64,000 nucleotides of DNA from Candidatus Aenigmatarchaeota archaeon (GCA_016198755.1 JACQIB010000005.1:191271-255270), one strand, 5' to 3'; shown: positions 18,427 through 28,590, counted from the stretch's first letter. Program-made: numbers and translations. The notes: generated by a model from the sequence alone, not told the origin.

Positions 18427-19023
18427 ATGGAAGAGATAGCGCGCGGGGCTGAGGCTGTTATTTATAGGGAGGGAAATGAGCTGGTAAAGGATAGGATAAA
18501 GAAAGGGTATAGGATTCCTGAGCTGGATACAAAATTAAGGAAAGAGAGAACCAGAGCTGAAGCTAGGCTACTTACAGAAGCGCGCAGTGTGGGGGTTTCA
18601 ACACCGAAAGTTCTGGAGGTTTCTGAAACAAAAGTCAGAATGGAACTTATTGAAGGGGAAAAATTGAGAGACATTTTAAATATTAGGCCTGAGCTAGCGG
18701 AAGATATTGGAACTGCTATAGGCAGGCTGCACGCGGCAGGTATTGTTCATGGGGATTTAACTACAAGCAACATGATTCTGTCAGAGGGAAAAATATTCCT
18801 GATAGATTTTGGGCTTGGGTTTTTTTCAAAAAAACCAGAGGATCTGGCAACAGACTTAACTGTGTTTAAAGAAGCGCTGCGTTCTGTGCACTTTGCAGTT
18901 CTCGAAAAGGTTTGGGTAGAATTTTGCTCATCTTATGGAAAGGAATTCTCGGGTGCTGGAAAGGTATTTAAAGCTCTCGAAAGCATAGAGAAGAGAGGAA
19001 GATATATATTCAGGGGAGATTGA
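18427..19023 (+). CDS. bud32: KEOPS kinase Bud32
   Basis: RGAEA, HGDLTTSNM, IDFGL, RGRY. Confidence 0.95.
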   Translation: MEEIARGAEAVIYREGNELVKDRIKKGYRIPELDTKLRKERTRAEARLLTEARSVGVSTPKVLEVSETKVRMELIEGEKLRDILNIRPELAEDIGTAIGRLHAAGIVHGDLTTSNMILSEGKIFLIDFGLGFFSKKPEDLATDLTVFKEALRSVHFAVLEKVWVEFCSSYGKEFSGAGKVFKALESIEKRGRYIFRGD

Positions 19024-19263
19024 ATGAAAATTATTAATCCGCTGGTTTGGTTTAAAGAGGCTGAAGGGACAGCAGAAAAGCTGTTTAGGTTCAGCCTTAT
19101 TTTAGCTGGCTTTGCAACTGTTTTGCTGTTTTTCGGCATTCTTCTTGGCAGCTTTATTCAATATTCAATTTTGCTGGGTATGATTGGAGCTGTGCTGTAT
19201 ATACCTGCTGTTGTTCTGTTCTTGCTTTCTGAGGTAATGAGAACGGAAGCACATGGTGTCTGA
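19024..19263 (+). CDS. Small membrane protein
   Basis: Two hydrophobic segments; abuts bud32. Confidence 0.65.
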   Translation: MKIINPLVWFKEAEGTAEKLFRFSLILAGFATVLLFFGILLGSFIQYSILLGMIGAVLYIPAVVLFLLSEVMRTEAHGV

Positions 19264-19420
19264 AGGTTGGGAAAAGGTTTAAATACCTTCTTGAGGCAAT
19301 AAAAGGAGACTGCTGGGGCGATGCTCTGACAGCTCTTACGGGTGTACAAATGAAGAATGAAAATAAAAATAGGAAAATCTCTTTCTTTACTTATAAAAAT
19401 GTTTCTTCTGTGTGGTTTTG

Positions 19421-19879
19421 ATGGCAAGAATATATGCTAAAAAAAGTGGAAAATCTGGAAGTAAAAAGCCATTGATACCTGCACAATGGGTTACCTATAC
19501 TGGGGATGAGGTTGAGAGACTTGTTGTTAAGCTTGGGAAGGATGGGGTGCAGGCTGCACAAATTGGACTGACTTTAAGGGATCAGTATGGAATTCCTTCT
19601 GTACGCGCTGTTACCAAAAAAACAATAATGGGAATTTTGGAAGGAAATGGGATGAAAAAAGCTGTGCCTGATGAGTTGTTTAATTTGCTAAAAAGGGCTG
19701 TAAACCTGAGAAAACATTTGGGAAACAACAAAAGAGATTCTCATTCTAAAAGGGCTTTGGAACTGCTGGAAAGCAGGATCAGAAGGGTTGCAAAATACTA
19801 TATAGCCAACGAAAGGCTGCCTGAAAGCTGGAAGTATAATGCTGAGCAGGCAAAGCTGTTGGTAGAGAAGGGTGCATAA
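19421..19879 (+). CDS. rps15: 30S ribosomal protein S15 (uS15)
   Basis: MARIY..KSGKSGS, LRDQYGIP, ESRIRR..KYY. Confidence 0.97.
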   Translation: MARIYAKKSGKSGSKKPLIPAQWVTYTGDEVERLVVKLGKDGVQAAQIGLTLRDQYGIPSVRAVTKKTIMGILEGNGMKKAVPDELFNLLKRAVNLRKHLGNNKRDSHSKRALELLESRIRRVAKYYIANERLPESWKYNAEQAKLLVEKGA

Positions 19880-19881
19880 TT

Positions 19882-20445
19882 ATGGAAAAACCAACTTTAA
19901 CAAAAGCACTGAAAGGAAAGCAATGGATACCTGTTTTTGCACCGGCATTCTTTGAAAGTGTACAATTGGGGGAAGTTTTGGCTTCTGATCCTTCTTTACT
20001 TGTTGGCAGAACTATTTCAGCAAGCTTAACTGATTTAACTGGGGATCCTGGCAGATATTATGTAAAGCTGTTTTTCAGAATTTCCAGTGTTCAGGGAAAC
20101 AGGGCAGAAACCGTGTTTTTTGGACATGATTGCACAATGGATTTTATTTCAAGGATTGTACAGCTAAGAACACAGAGAATTGATACAAATGAAGTTATTC
20201 AGTTAAAAGATGGAAAAGTAAGGATTAAAACTATAACAGTAACGAACGGGAAAGTTTCCGGGCAGCTTGATAAATTAATAAGAAAAACTGCAGCAGATAT
20301 GATTAGGGAAGAACTTTCTAAATTAACTATAGAAGAATTTATTAAAAAGTTTTCTTCGGGTGAAGTGCAGGGAATTATTAGGGATGCTCTAAACAAACTC
20401 TATCCTACCCGTGCGTTTGAGATTAGAAAAAGCAGGGTTCTCTAG
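19882..20445 (+). CDS. rps3ae: 30S ribosomal protein S3Ae (eS1)
   Basis: KQW..V.AP.FF, GRT...L.DLTGD, YP...EIRK. Confidence 0.93.
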   Translation: MEKPTLTKALKGKQWIPVFAPAFFESVQLGEVLASDPSLLVGRTISASLTDLTGDPGRYYVKLFFRISSVQGNRAETVFFGHDCTMDFISRIVQLRTQRIDTNEVIQLKDGKVRIKTITVTNGKVSGQLDKLIRKTAADMIREELSKLTIEEFIKKFSSGEVQGIIRDALNKLYPTRAFEIRKSRVL

Positions 20446-20633
20446 TCTATATGAGCTGTGCTTATCCAGAGCATTCCTGCTATTAGGATAAGGACAAACC
20501 CAAAAATTAGAGCTATCAAAACTGTTCCTGGGTTGTTTCCTAAAGCTGCAGGGTCTGCACTGCTCGTTATTAACACTCCAAAAAATAGACAAAAAGAACC
20601 AAGCACCCAGAAGACAGCAGACTTTGTGCGCAT
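20442..20633 (-). CDS. Small 2-TM membrane protein
   Basis: Hydrophobic 63-aa ORF. Confidence 0.65.
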   Translation of the reverse strand: MRTKSAVFWVLGSFCLFFGVLITSSADPAALGNNPGTVLIALIFGFVLILIAGMLWISTAHID

Positions 20634-20665
20634 GAGATTTCTTAGGAAAGAAAGGATTTAAACAC

Positions 20666-21472
20666 CTATTTCTCGAGCAGATAATCAACAGCTTCGTCTA
20701 TATTGGAAACTTCTTTTATATCTATTCCAAGGCTTTCCCCGACACTGACAGTTATTTTCTTGTAGGTTGTTTCGCAAATTAGCAAACCTAGCTGGCGTGT
20801 GCAGTTTTCCTCAGGTTTTACATAAGTCTGTATACCCTCCCCCTTTGGAACCAAAAATAATTTTGCACCCACAGCCTTTGCGGCTCCTGCTTTTTCCAGA
20901 ATTCCACCAACCCTTCCTACAGAACCGTCAGTTTCTATTGTACCTGTTATTATTATATCCTTTTTCAACTGTTTTCCTTCCAGTGCTGCTATTGTGGCTA
21001 CTGTTAAAGCTGCACCTGCTGATGGACCGCCAACAACAGTTGCTTTGTCTGTGCGCAGCCCATAAACAATATCCAGCTTACTCAGGTCTGCTCCTGTTTT
21101 CTTTGCTGCAACATCCCTTGCTGTTTGTATTGATTGCTGTGTATCTGTCCAAAATAAAAGTTTATCTATATCTGTTAAAACCTTTCCTGAACCTGTTTTA
21201 ACTTCAACGACAAGAGCTGATACAACACCGTTGCCTGCATTATCCACTGCCGGAAGGTTTATTGTGGCTGTGCCGCGGGGAGATTCAGTTGAAATAAGCG
21301 GAAGGTCCCTGTCAGGAAAATTCAACTGGTTTTGATTTATTGTTTTTGTGCCTGAAAATTGTGTTCCAACAAAAAATGCAATAGCTGCAACAAACAATAT
21401 AACTATTATAAGCTCTATATCTTCTCTTGAGCTTTTTTGTTTTCTCATAGGTTTCTGCTTTCCCATAAACAT
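20666..21472 (-). CDS. Membrane-anchored Lon-like S16 serine protease domain protein
   Basis: GGPSAGAA, ITGTI..DG.VG.VGGI.EK (Ser-Lys dyad). Confidence 0.9.
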   Translation of the reverse strand: MFMGKQKPMRKQKSSREDIELIIVILFVAAIAFFVGTQFSGTKTINQNQLNFPDRDLPLISTESPRGTATINLPAVDNAGNGVVSALVVEVKTGSGKVLTDIDKLLFWTDTQQSIQTARDVAAKKTGADLSKLDIVYGLRTDKATVVGGPSAGAALTVATIAALEGKQLKKDIIITGTIETDGSVGRVGGILEKAGAAKAVGAKLFLVPKGEGIQTYVKPEENCTRQLGLLICETTYKKITVSVGESLGIDIKEVSNIDEAVDYLLEK

Positions 21473-21512
21473 CCTATTCTATCAGGCCCTTTTTAAAGAT
21501 TATGAACAAAAC

Positions 21513-21785
21513 GGCAGGGTATGCCCCTGGTTGATGGGAAAGACCTGATAGGTAACCCAACTACCCCTCTCCACACAGCTTCCCCACAAACGCTTCCACA
21601 AAGGTTTATGCTTGCTTCCTTCCGGACCTGGGCAGGTTCGCCCCTGCAGCTGCTCTGCAGGACCATGCTTCTCAGAGGAAACAGCTGGACCTTGTCAGAC
21701 CTTATCACCGCCCAAAGACTCAGGCTCCGCCATAATGTCCGTTTGCGGTTACAGGTTAGGACAAGCTCCCCGGCCATCCCCTGCC
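21513..21785 (-). ncRNA. ffs: Signal recognition particle (7S) RNA
   Basis: Helix 8 CCCAGGTCCGGAAGGAAGCA; terminal helix GGCAGGG/CCCTGCC; TATA ~23 nt upstream. Confidence 0.93.
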
Positions 21786-21984
21786 AGTTTCTAGTTGGTC
21801 TGCACCCTTTAAATTGCTTTACCCGAGACAGCTTGAGCTAGTTGTAGTATAGTAGAGAAATAAATTGTTAGAAAAGGAAGAAAAGTAAAAGAAAAACAAT
21901 AATAGCAACTGCAAGCCCCAAAGCCAGGCATTTGCCTATCATACCAAATAATGGGCAAAGAAGCTATAAAAAACGTGTGGTTTA

Positions 21985-22131
21985 CTATGCTTTGCCTATG
22001 ATTTTGAACATCTTTGTGCCGCACTTTGTACAAAGACCTGACATAGCTTTCATGCCGTTCTTCATTATAACTTCTTTCTCATCTTTCATTGTCCTTGTTT
22101 CCCTGCATTTCATGCATCTTCCATCTGTCAT
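21985..22131 (-). CDS. DUF5679-type small zinc-ribbon protein
   Basis: Manual: MTDGRCMKCR...KNGMKAMSGLCTKCGTKMFKIIGKA; AGGTGA RBS. Confidence 0.85.
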   Translation of the reverse strand: MTDGRCMKCRETRTMKDEKEVIMKNGMKAMSGLCTKCGTKMFKIIGKA

Positions 22132-22303
22132 AAAATTCACCTGCTTTCTAAGGGGGAAATAAGTATATAAAACTGCCTGCCCTTGAATTTAGGCTTGGAA
22201 ACCCCTTATTATATAGGCGTACTCATGCACTTATTGTTAGGATTTTCCTGCGAAGTTCTGATTAAGAAGGGTAGAACGGTAGGAGAAAGCCTTTCCCTGC
22301 GCT

Positions 22304-25300
22304 TTACTCTGGAGAAGGTTCAAAGCCGCCTGAGGTTGTCGGTGGGAGGGTTGTAGGGGCTGCTGGAGCTGGGGGTGCGCCTCCGAACAACATAGCTAGG
22401 AAGCCGCCTGCGAATTTGTCTTTATCGCCAGCCTGCTTGTCCAGAAGGTCAGCCTGAACATTCAGCTCCTGTATTTGAGCCTGTAAAGCAGCCTTGGCAT
22501 CTAAGTTTGTGGATGCATCAAGCACAAGGTTTAAGCTGGATCCAATATCCCTTAGCTTCTGTGCACGCTCCTTCAATAATAGAGCATCTTTCTTTTCCTG
22601 ATCAGCAACCATTCCAAAGAACTGCTGTATTGCATAGCCTATGTCCTTTGACTTGTTCTGTACTTCCTCTATATCAGCAGTTGTCTGTATAATATCCCTT
22701 TCGTTCTCTGTTACGTGTGCATCAAGTGAATCTGGTATTTTATCCAAATCTTTTAATGCTTCCAGCCTCTGTAGGTAACGATCCTTGTCTGTAATTTTTC
22801 CTGAAGCTCCCTCATCAGGTCCTGCAAGGCTCATATGATCTACTGTAACATCATCTACAAACTCAAGCCTCCTTAGGTTTGCTAAGTTTGCTGCTTTTGC
22901 AGTTGCCCTGTAAATATAGGTTGTTGAAACCTTTAGAGGAGCATCATCAAACTTTATCGTCAAAGCCCTTATCTTTGAGAGCTCATCTGATTTTAGCTTG
23001 GCAGAGCTTGCTATAACAACTGGCAGGTTATCTCCAACAGACTTTGCATCCCTTATTTTTGGCTTGTAAGCCTTTAGGTCGCACAAGTTCTTTACAACAT
23101 TATCTGAAACTTTCTCAGCAATAAGTTCTGGTTTGAACTTCTCTGGATCGCAGCTTGCAGCCTTTTCCTTGACTTTAACACAGAACTTTGGAAGTTGATC
23201 ACAAATAAAACCTTTCTGCTTTGTCAGGGATTCACAAAGTTGAGCTGGTGTTGGACCTCCAAACCCTCCTCCTGAACCTCCATAACCGAAGCTGCCTCCT
23301 CCATAACCGCCTCCTGATGGTGGAGCAAAGCCTCCTCTTTCATATCCGCCCTGATAACCCTGTGGTGGACCTCCTGAACTACCTGGTGGATATCCGCCCT
23401 GTCCTCCTGGACCGCCAAATCCTCCTTGGCCACCGAAGTCACCACCTGGTGGGAATCCTCCTGGACCTGGCTGGCCTCCAAACCCTCCCTGTCCGCCTGG
23501 ACCGCCTGGACCTCCGAAGTCACGACCCTGATCACCGAAACCGCCTGGAGGTGGACCAAATCCTCCTTGTCCTCCAAATCCTCCTTGGCCACTGCCGCCT
23601 TGTCCACCACTACCCTGTCCGCCTGGACCGCCTATCTGCTGCCCTGTTGGACCGCCAGAACTTGGGAAAGAAGGATATTTGCCTGCACAAGCCTCAGAAG
23701 CAGCTTTTGTTATTTCTGAACAGCCTCTAACAAGTTCGCTTGAACATTTCTCAGCCCCATTCTTTAACTCATCGCACATGTTCTGTATTCCTGGACCCTG
23801 TGAAAATTCAAATACTGCCCTTTCCTTTACTTTTTCTTTGAAATCATCTGGATGTGCACAAACATAATTAACAGCATCTGGAGGCATTTCTGACTTTATG
23901 CCGCGTAGTGCCTCTTCTGACATAAATTGAACTGGATCTGATAATAGTAGTTCAGGAGGCAGTTGAGGTTCTCCAAACCCTCCTCCAATTGTTGGAGGTC
24001 CAAATCCTGGTTTGTTTGGTCCGCCTGTAAAGTCTGTTGTTCTTGGAGTGCTGCAGCCTGTAAGCTTTTCAAGTTCATCTGTGCTGAATATCTTCTCGTA
24101 TCTTTGCCCACCTATGAACCATGTTGGACTGCCTGTTCCTTCATTTGGTCTAGTAGAACCATAACAGCATGTCTTTATCTGCTTTGCAGCGCAGCTCGCC
24201 TCATCAACATTGCAATTTACAGCAAAACCAAGGTTCCTCATTATTTCAAACCCAGGTCCTAGCATATCTATCTGTTTCCTGCTCTCATCATTGGAAGTGT
24301 AATAAAACTCTACCTGAGCCTTCTTTATACAGGAAGAAATCCTGTTTATCTCCTGTGGAGGCAATGGCGCTGAACAAGCTCCTGGCCTTGCACCGCCAAC
24401 ATCACCACAGCACCAAGTTCTTGCTGCAGGGTCAAAAGTAGGCTTATCCAAACCTGTTGCAGCTGGACAGAAAAACCCTGGTGGAGGCTTTATCTTGTCA
24501 GGTCTTTCTGAGAAGCAGTCTGACTGACATGACCTTTCCTCTCCTGGCTCACACTTGTTATTTCCACAGACAGAATATCCCTTACAATCCTGTTGACAAT
24601 TGTATGGACCTTCTCCCTCTCCACATACTCCATCACCGCACTTTATTGTGTTTTCAAAGCCACCATTATCCCCCCCTCTTCTACCAAAGTCTTTTGTACA
24701 GTCCTTTGGACATGAAAAATCATTTTCATTTGGATATTCGCATATAGCATTGCCGCAGAATGATTGAGGCTTTTCCTGGATTGTAGGACATGGACTACTT
24801 GTACAATATCCATTTCCTGATGAAGGACACCAATTTGCACCCCTTACACCGCTGCATTCTGCTTGGCTGTGACAGTTCCATGGCTGCTCGCTTGTACACT
24901 GATTATATGATGTAATTGATGGGCTTCCTCCACCAGAGGTTCCACATTCATTTTGACTATAATATTGATTATATTGACCTGATCCTGTACTTGAACAACA
25001 ATAACCAGCATCTGTTACAAATCCGCCTCCGCAATTGCATTTGGAAGTTATTTTACCTATAGAACAGATTGGATATTGACCAGATGTTGTGCTTGGATAT
25101 CCCGGTGTACCAGGACCTGAACAAATTCCGCCTGAACAAAAGCCAGATGAGCACTCGTTATTTAGGGAACAGCTTTGTCCATTTGATTTGGGTCCTGTGC
25201 CACCGCCGCAATAGGTTGTGCTTTCGCAGCCATTATCATGCCTCTGATCACAGTTGTAATAGCCTGCGTTGCAATAGTTTACAATACATACCCCATTTTG

Positions 25301-25873
25301 CATCATCCCCTTTGCATTTGGAACTGAACATTCACCCCCGCCTCCTGCTGTGCCTGTGCCGCATGCTGTAGTTTGATAAATATTAGAACAGCAGTAACCT
25401 GAGGCATATGTTGTTCCGCCGCAGGAACAGCTGGCAGATATTGGACCTGAACTGCAGAAGTTTCCAGTTGTTGTAGTTGAGCTGGAAGTTGGTGAGGTTC
25501 CGCCGGCACATACTCCATTTGAACAAGTTCCGGAATAACATTGTGAATTAGAAGCACACTGAGCTCCTTCAGTTCTTAGTTGAGATGTACTGGTTGTGCT
25601 AGAAGAAGTTGTGGATGAGGATGTAGTTGAGCTGGATGTAGAAGTGGAGGTTGAAGTGGATGTAGAGGTTGAAGAAGAGGTTGTGGATGAGGAAGTTGGC
25701 TGGCCTCCACTGGAAACGCAAACTCCACCTGAACAGCTGTTTGATAAGCATTCTGAGTTTTGGATACATGTTTGACCTTCTGATTTTTGTTGGGCAAAAG
25801 CAACCGCAGACATTGAAAATGAAACTACAAAGAAAACTGCTATGGCAATAAGTGCAAAATTCCTACAGCCCAT
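22304..25873 (-). CDS. Giant secreted Cys-rich protein with S/T linkers and G/P/Q-rich tract (paralog of 44240-48439)
   Basis: Signal peptide, CGNxxCE..E..SC..DC repeats, C-terminal coiled coil. Confidence 0.85.
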   Translation of the reverse strand: MGCRNFALIAIAVFFVVSFSMSAVAFAQQKSEGQTCIQNSECLSNSCSGGVCVSSGGQPTSSSTTSSSTSTSTSTSTSTSSSTTSSSTTSSSTTSTSQLRTEGAQCASNSQCYSGTCSNGVCAGGTSPTSSSTTTTGNFCSSGPISASCSCGGTTYASGYCCSNIYQTTACGTGTAGGGGECSVPNAKGMMQNGVCIVNYCNAGYYNCDQRHDNGCESTTYCGGGTGPKSNGQSCSLNNECSSGFCSGGICSGPGTPGYPSTTSGQYPICSIGKITSKCNCGGGFVTDAGYCCSSTGSGQYNQYYSQNECGTSGGGSPSITSYNQCTSEQPWNCHSQAECSGVRGANWCPSSGNGYCTSSPCPTIQEKPQSFCGNAICEYPNENDFSCPKDCTKDFGRRGGDNGGFENTIKCGDGVCGEGEGPYNCQQDCKGYSVCGNNKCEPGEERSCQSDCFSERPDKIKPPPGFFCPAATGLDKPTFDPAARTWCCGDVGGARPGACSAPLPPQEINRISSCIKKAQVEFYYTSNDESRKQIDMLGPGFEIMRNLGFAVNCNVDEASCAAKQIKTCCYGSTRPNEGTGSPTWFIGGQRYEKIFSTDELEKLTGCSTPRTTDFTGGPNKPGFGPPTIGGGFGEPQLPPELLLSDPVQFMSEEALRGIKSEMPPDAVNYVCAHPDDFKEKVKERAVFEFSQGPGIQNMCDELKNGAEKCSSELVRGCSEITKAASEACAGKYPSFPSSGGPTGQQIGGPGGQGSGGQGGSGQGGFGGQGGFGPPPGGFGDQGRDFGGPGGPGGQGGFGGQPGPGGFPPGGDFGGQGGFGGPGGQGGYPPGSSGGPPQGYQGGYERGGFAPPSGGGYGGGSFGYGGSGGGFGGPTPAQLCESLTKQKGFICDQLPKFCVKVKEKAASCDPEKFKPELIAEKVSDNVVKNLCDLKAYKPKIRDAKSVGDNLPVVIASSAKLKSDELSKIRALTIKFDDAPLKVSTTYIYRATAKAANLANLRRLEFVDDVTVDHMSLAGPDEGASGKITDKDRYLQRLEALKDLDKIPDSLDAHVTENERDIIQTTADIEEVQNKSKDIGYAIQQFFGMVADQEKKDALLLKERAQKLRDIGSSLNLVLDASTNLDAKAALQAQIQELNVQADLLDKQAGDKDKFAGGFLAMLFGGAPPAPAAPTTLPPTTSGGFEPSPE

Positions 25874-26000
25874 AGGTTTCTATTTATTAAGGGTAGTATA
25901 TAAATATTTAGTCAGTTGAGTTTTGACACATAAACCAGTATTTTGTCAATAAATTTGGGAGTAAAGCCGTGTTTTTAAATGTTCTATACTATTTTATAGT

Positions 26001-26963
26001 ATGCCTTTGGAATCAAACCAGCTGAAAAAGCTGCAGGGAGCTGGGTACAAAGTTATTGGACCCTCTAAACACTCTGCTGTAAAGCTCTGCCACTATACAA
26101 AAGAGTCAATAAAAACTGGAGAGAAGAAGAACTGCTATAAACAAAGGTTTTACGGGATTAGAAGCCACCGCTGCCTTCAAATGACTCCCTCCCTCACAGT
26201 CTGTAATTTGCGCTGTTCCTACTGCTGGAGAGACTTTAGGTACTTTAGGGATAAGGAAAAGGATTTAGTGGACGATCCAAAAGTTTTGGTTGAAGAGGCT
26301 ATAAAAGCGCAGCTTTCTCTTTTGTCTGGTTTGGGGGGTGTTGAACATTCTGCGAAACATTTGAAGGAAGCAAAAGAACCTGCGCATGTTGCAATTTCAT
26401 TGGATGGGGAGCCTACAAGCTATACGCATTTGGGGAAAATGATTGAAGATTTCCATTCCAGAAACTTCACAACATTCTTGGTTACAAACGGTACAAAACC
26501 GGATATATTAAGTAAACTAAATCCTTTACCCACCCAACTCTATACCTCTTTATCTGCTTTTTCTGAAGAGATGTTTTTGTTAACCCAACACCCGACTGAA
26601 GGGAAACAACTCTGGCAGAATATCCTGAAAACTCTTGATTTATTACCAAGTCTTAACTGCAGGAAAGTTATCAGGCTTACAATGGTTAAAGGTTTGAACA
26701 TGGAAAAACCTGAAGAATATGCAAAACTGATTTTGAAGGCAAAGCCGCACTTTATTGAAGTTAAGGGCTGGAGCGCGGTTGGACAATCTAGGCAGAGAAT
26801 GCCTACAACCAGAATGCCAACTCATGAAGAAATAAAGAAATTTTCACAGGAGTTAGTTGGGTTTTTACCTGGCTATTCTTATGCTGATGAACAGCCTGAC
26901 AGCAGGGTGGCTTTGATAAAGGTTGCAGGAAAGATACCGGGGCTTTATGAAAAGTTCTCCTGA
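26001..26963 (+). CDS. taw1: 4-demethylwyosine synthase (radical SAM)
   Basis: CYKQRFYGIRSHRCLQMTP, CNLRCSYCWR. Confidence 0.96.
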   Translation: MPLESNQLKKLQGAGYKVIGPSKHSAVKLCHYTKESIKTGEKKNCYKQRFYGIRSHRCLQMTPSLTVCNLRCSYCWRDFRYFRDKEKDLVDDPKVLVEEAIKAQLSLLSGLGGVEHSAKHLKEAKEPAHVAISLDGEPTSYTHLGKMIEDFHSRNFTTFLVTNGTKPDILSKLNPLPTQLYTSLSAFSEEMFLLTQHPTEGKQLWQNILKTLDLLPSLNCRKVIRLTMVKGLNMEKPEEYAKLILKAKPHFIEVKGWSAVGQSRQRMPTTRMPTHEEIKKFSQELVGFLPGYSYADEQPDSRVALIKVAGKIPGLYEKFS

Positions 26964-27004
26964 GAGCCATATTGCTTTTTATTCCTTTCTTTACCAGTTC
27001 CCGT

Positions 27005-28585
27005 ATGCAATACACTATAGCCATAATTGGCTCTGGTCCAATGGGCTTTACAAGCGGTGTAGCTTTTGCAAGCTGGGGGAATAAAGTAAGGTTTTTGGAC
27101 CTTAACCAAAAGATAGTTGAAAAAATAAACTCTGGAATTTCCCCTTTCTATGAGCCTGGATTGCAGGAGCTTTTCCTTTCTTCCAGAAACAACATTACTG
27201 CAACTTCTGATTATTCCGAAGCTTTGAAGTGGGCTGATATCGCTTTCATCTGCGTTGGCACTCCTGAGAAGGAAGATGGAAGTGTTGATTTAAAGTACGT
27301 AGAATCTGCTGCAGCTTCCCTTGGACAGAACCTGCCAAATGCCCCTGGTTTAACAATAATAAACAAGAGCACTGTTCCCCCAGGCACTGTTTCCGGCTTG
27401 ATTAAGGAAACTTTGGAAAAGATTTCTGGGGGGAAAGCTGGAAAGGATTTTTATATAGGCTCTAATCCTGAATTTTTAGCTGAAGGGAAAGCTGTTGAGG
27501 ATGCTCTGAGACCTGACAAAATTGTTATCGGGGTTTCAAATGACCGCGCTAAAGAAGTTTTACTATCCCTCTATTCCCACCCTTCCCTTTCAAACTCGAA
27601 AATTGTTGTTACAGATACTAACACAGCAGAAGCTGTCAAATACGGGAACAATAACTGGCTCCCCTCTAAAGTTTGCTTTGTGAACGAGGTTGGAAGGATT
27701 TTGCTAAAGCAGGGTATTGATGTTTATGATATTGTTAAAAGGGCAAAAGAGCTTGGGATGGAGGATTTTCTTGCTGAAAACTTTGAAAGGGAAGTTCCTG
27801 TTACTGGGAAAGAGGTTTTGATATTGAAAAAACTTGGGGAGAAAACTGGAGTTAAAACTCCTATATTAGACTCTATTATAGAATCCCTAAATCCTTCTGA
27901 GCCAGCGGAGATGGACTGGCCAGAACTGTTTAAAGGAGCTCTTTATAGTTTGCATCAGGTATTTTTGAAAGAATATTCTGCACTTGGAAAACTGTTGAAC
28001 TTTAATTCAGCTGAAGTTGTGCATGCTGTTTCCCTTGATAAAAGGGCTGCACATGGGTTTTTGGATGCAGGTCCGGGAATAGGAGGGAGCTGTTTTGTAA
28101 AGGATTTGAAAGGTATGGCTGCTGTAGCCAAAATTAAGGGGTATGAAGCAAAGCTGCTTTTGGCTGATGTTGAATCAGATAAAATACAAAAATCCTATGC
28201 TTTTGAAAGGCTGAAAGAACAGATCGCAGAATTAAAGGGGAGAAAGATTGCTGTTCTTGGTTTGGCTTTCAAGCCTGACACAGACGATATACGGGAATCT
28301 GCTGCAATTTCTGTTATAAATAAACTGTTAGAAGCAGGCGCTGAAGTGCACGCATGGGACCCGAAAGCTGCAGAGAACATGAAACGAATCTATCCTAACA
28401 TAACTTACTTTAATCATGTGAACGCTGCTTTGGCAGGAACTGACGCTGCAATTGTTCTTACACATTGGAAGGAAGTGAAAGAAGCTGATTTTTCAGGCAT
28501 GAATGGAAATCTGATTGTGGATGCAAGGAGAACAGTGGAGAAGGGAACTGCTGGAAAAACTGTTATTGGTATTTGCTGGCCCTGA
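27005..28585 (+). CDS. ugd: UDP-glucose/GDP-mannose dehydrogenase family, with internal duplication
   Basis: GSGPMG, ICVGTP, KSTVPPGT, NPEFL, GGSCF.KD, GLAFKPDTDD.RES. Confidence 0.9.
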   Translation: MQYTIAIIGSGPMGFTSGVAFASWGNKVRFLDLNQKIVEKINSGISPFYEPGLQELFLSSRNNITATSDYSEALKWADIAFICVGTPEKEDGSVDLKYVESAAASLGQNLPNAPGLTIINKSTVPPGTVSGLIKETLEKISGGKAGKDFYIGSNPEFLAEGKAVEDALRPDKIVIGVSNDRAKEVLLSLYSHPSLSNSKIVVTDTNTAEAVKYGNNNWLPSKVCFVNEVGRILLKQGIDVYDIVKRAKELGMEDFLAENFEREVPVTGKEVLILKKLGEKTGVKTPILDSIIESLNPSEPAEMDWPELFKGALYSLHQVFLKEYSALGKLLNFNSAEVVHAVSLDKRAAHGFLDAGPGIGGSCFVKDLKGMAAVAKIKGYEAKLLLADVESDKIQKSYAFERLKEQIAELKGRKIAVLGLAFKPDTDDIRESAAISVINKLLEAGAEVHAWDPKAAENMKRIYPNITYFNHVNAALAGTDAAIVLTHWKEVKEADFSGMNGNLIVDARRTVEKGTAGKTVIGICWP

Positions 28586-28590
28586 GCTTA

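Noticed and set aside
21493-21841. ORFs on both strands
   Set aside because: They overlap the SRP RNA
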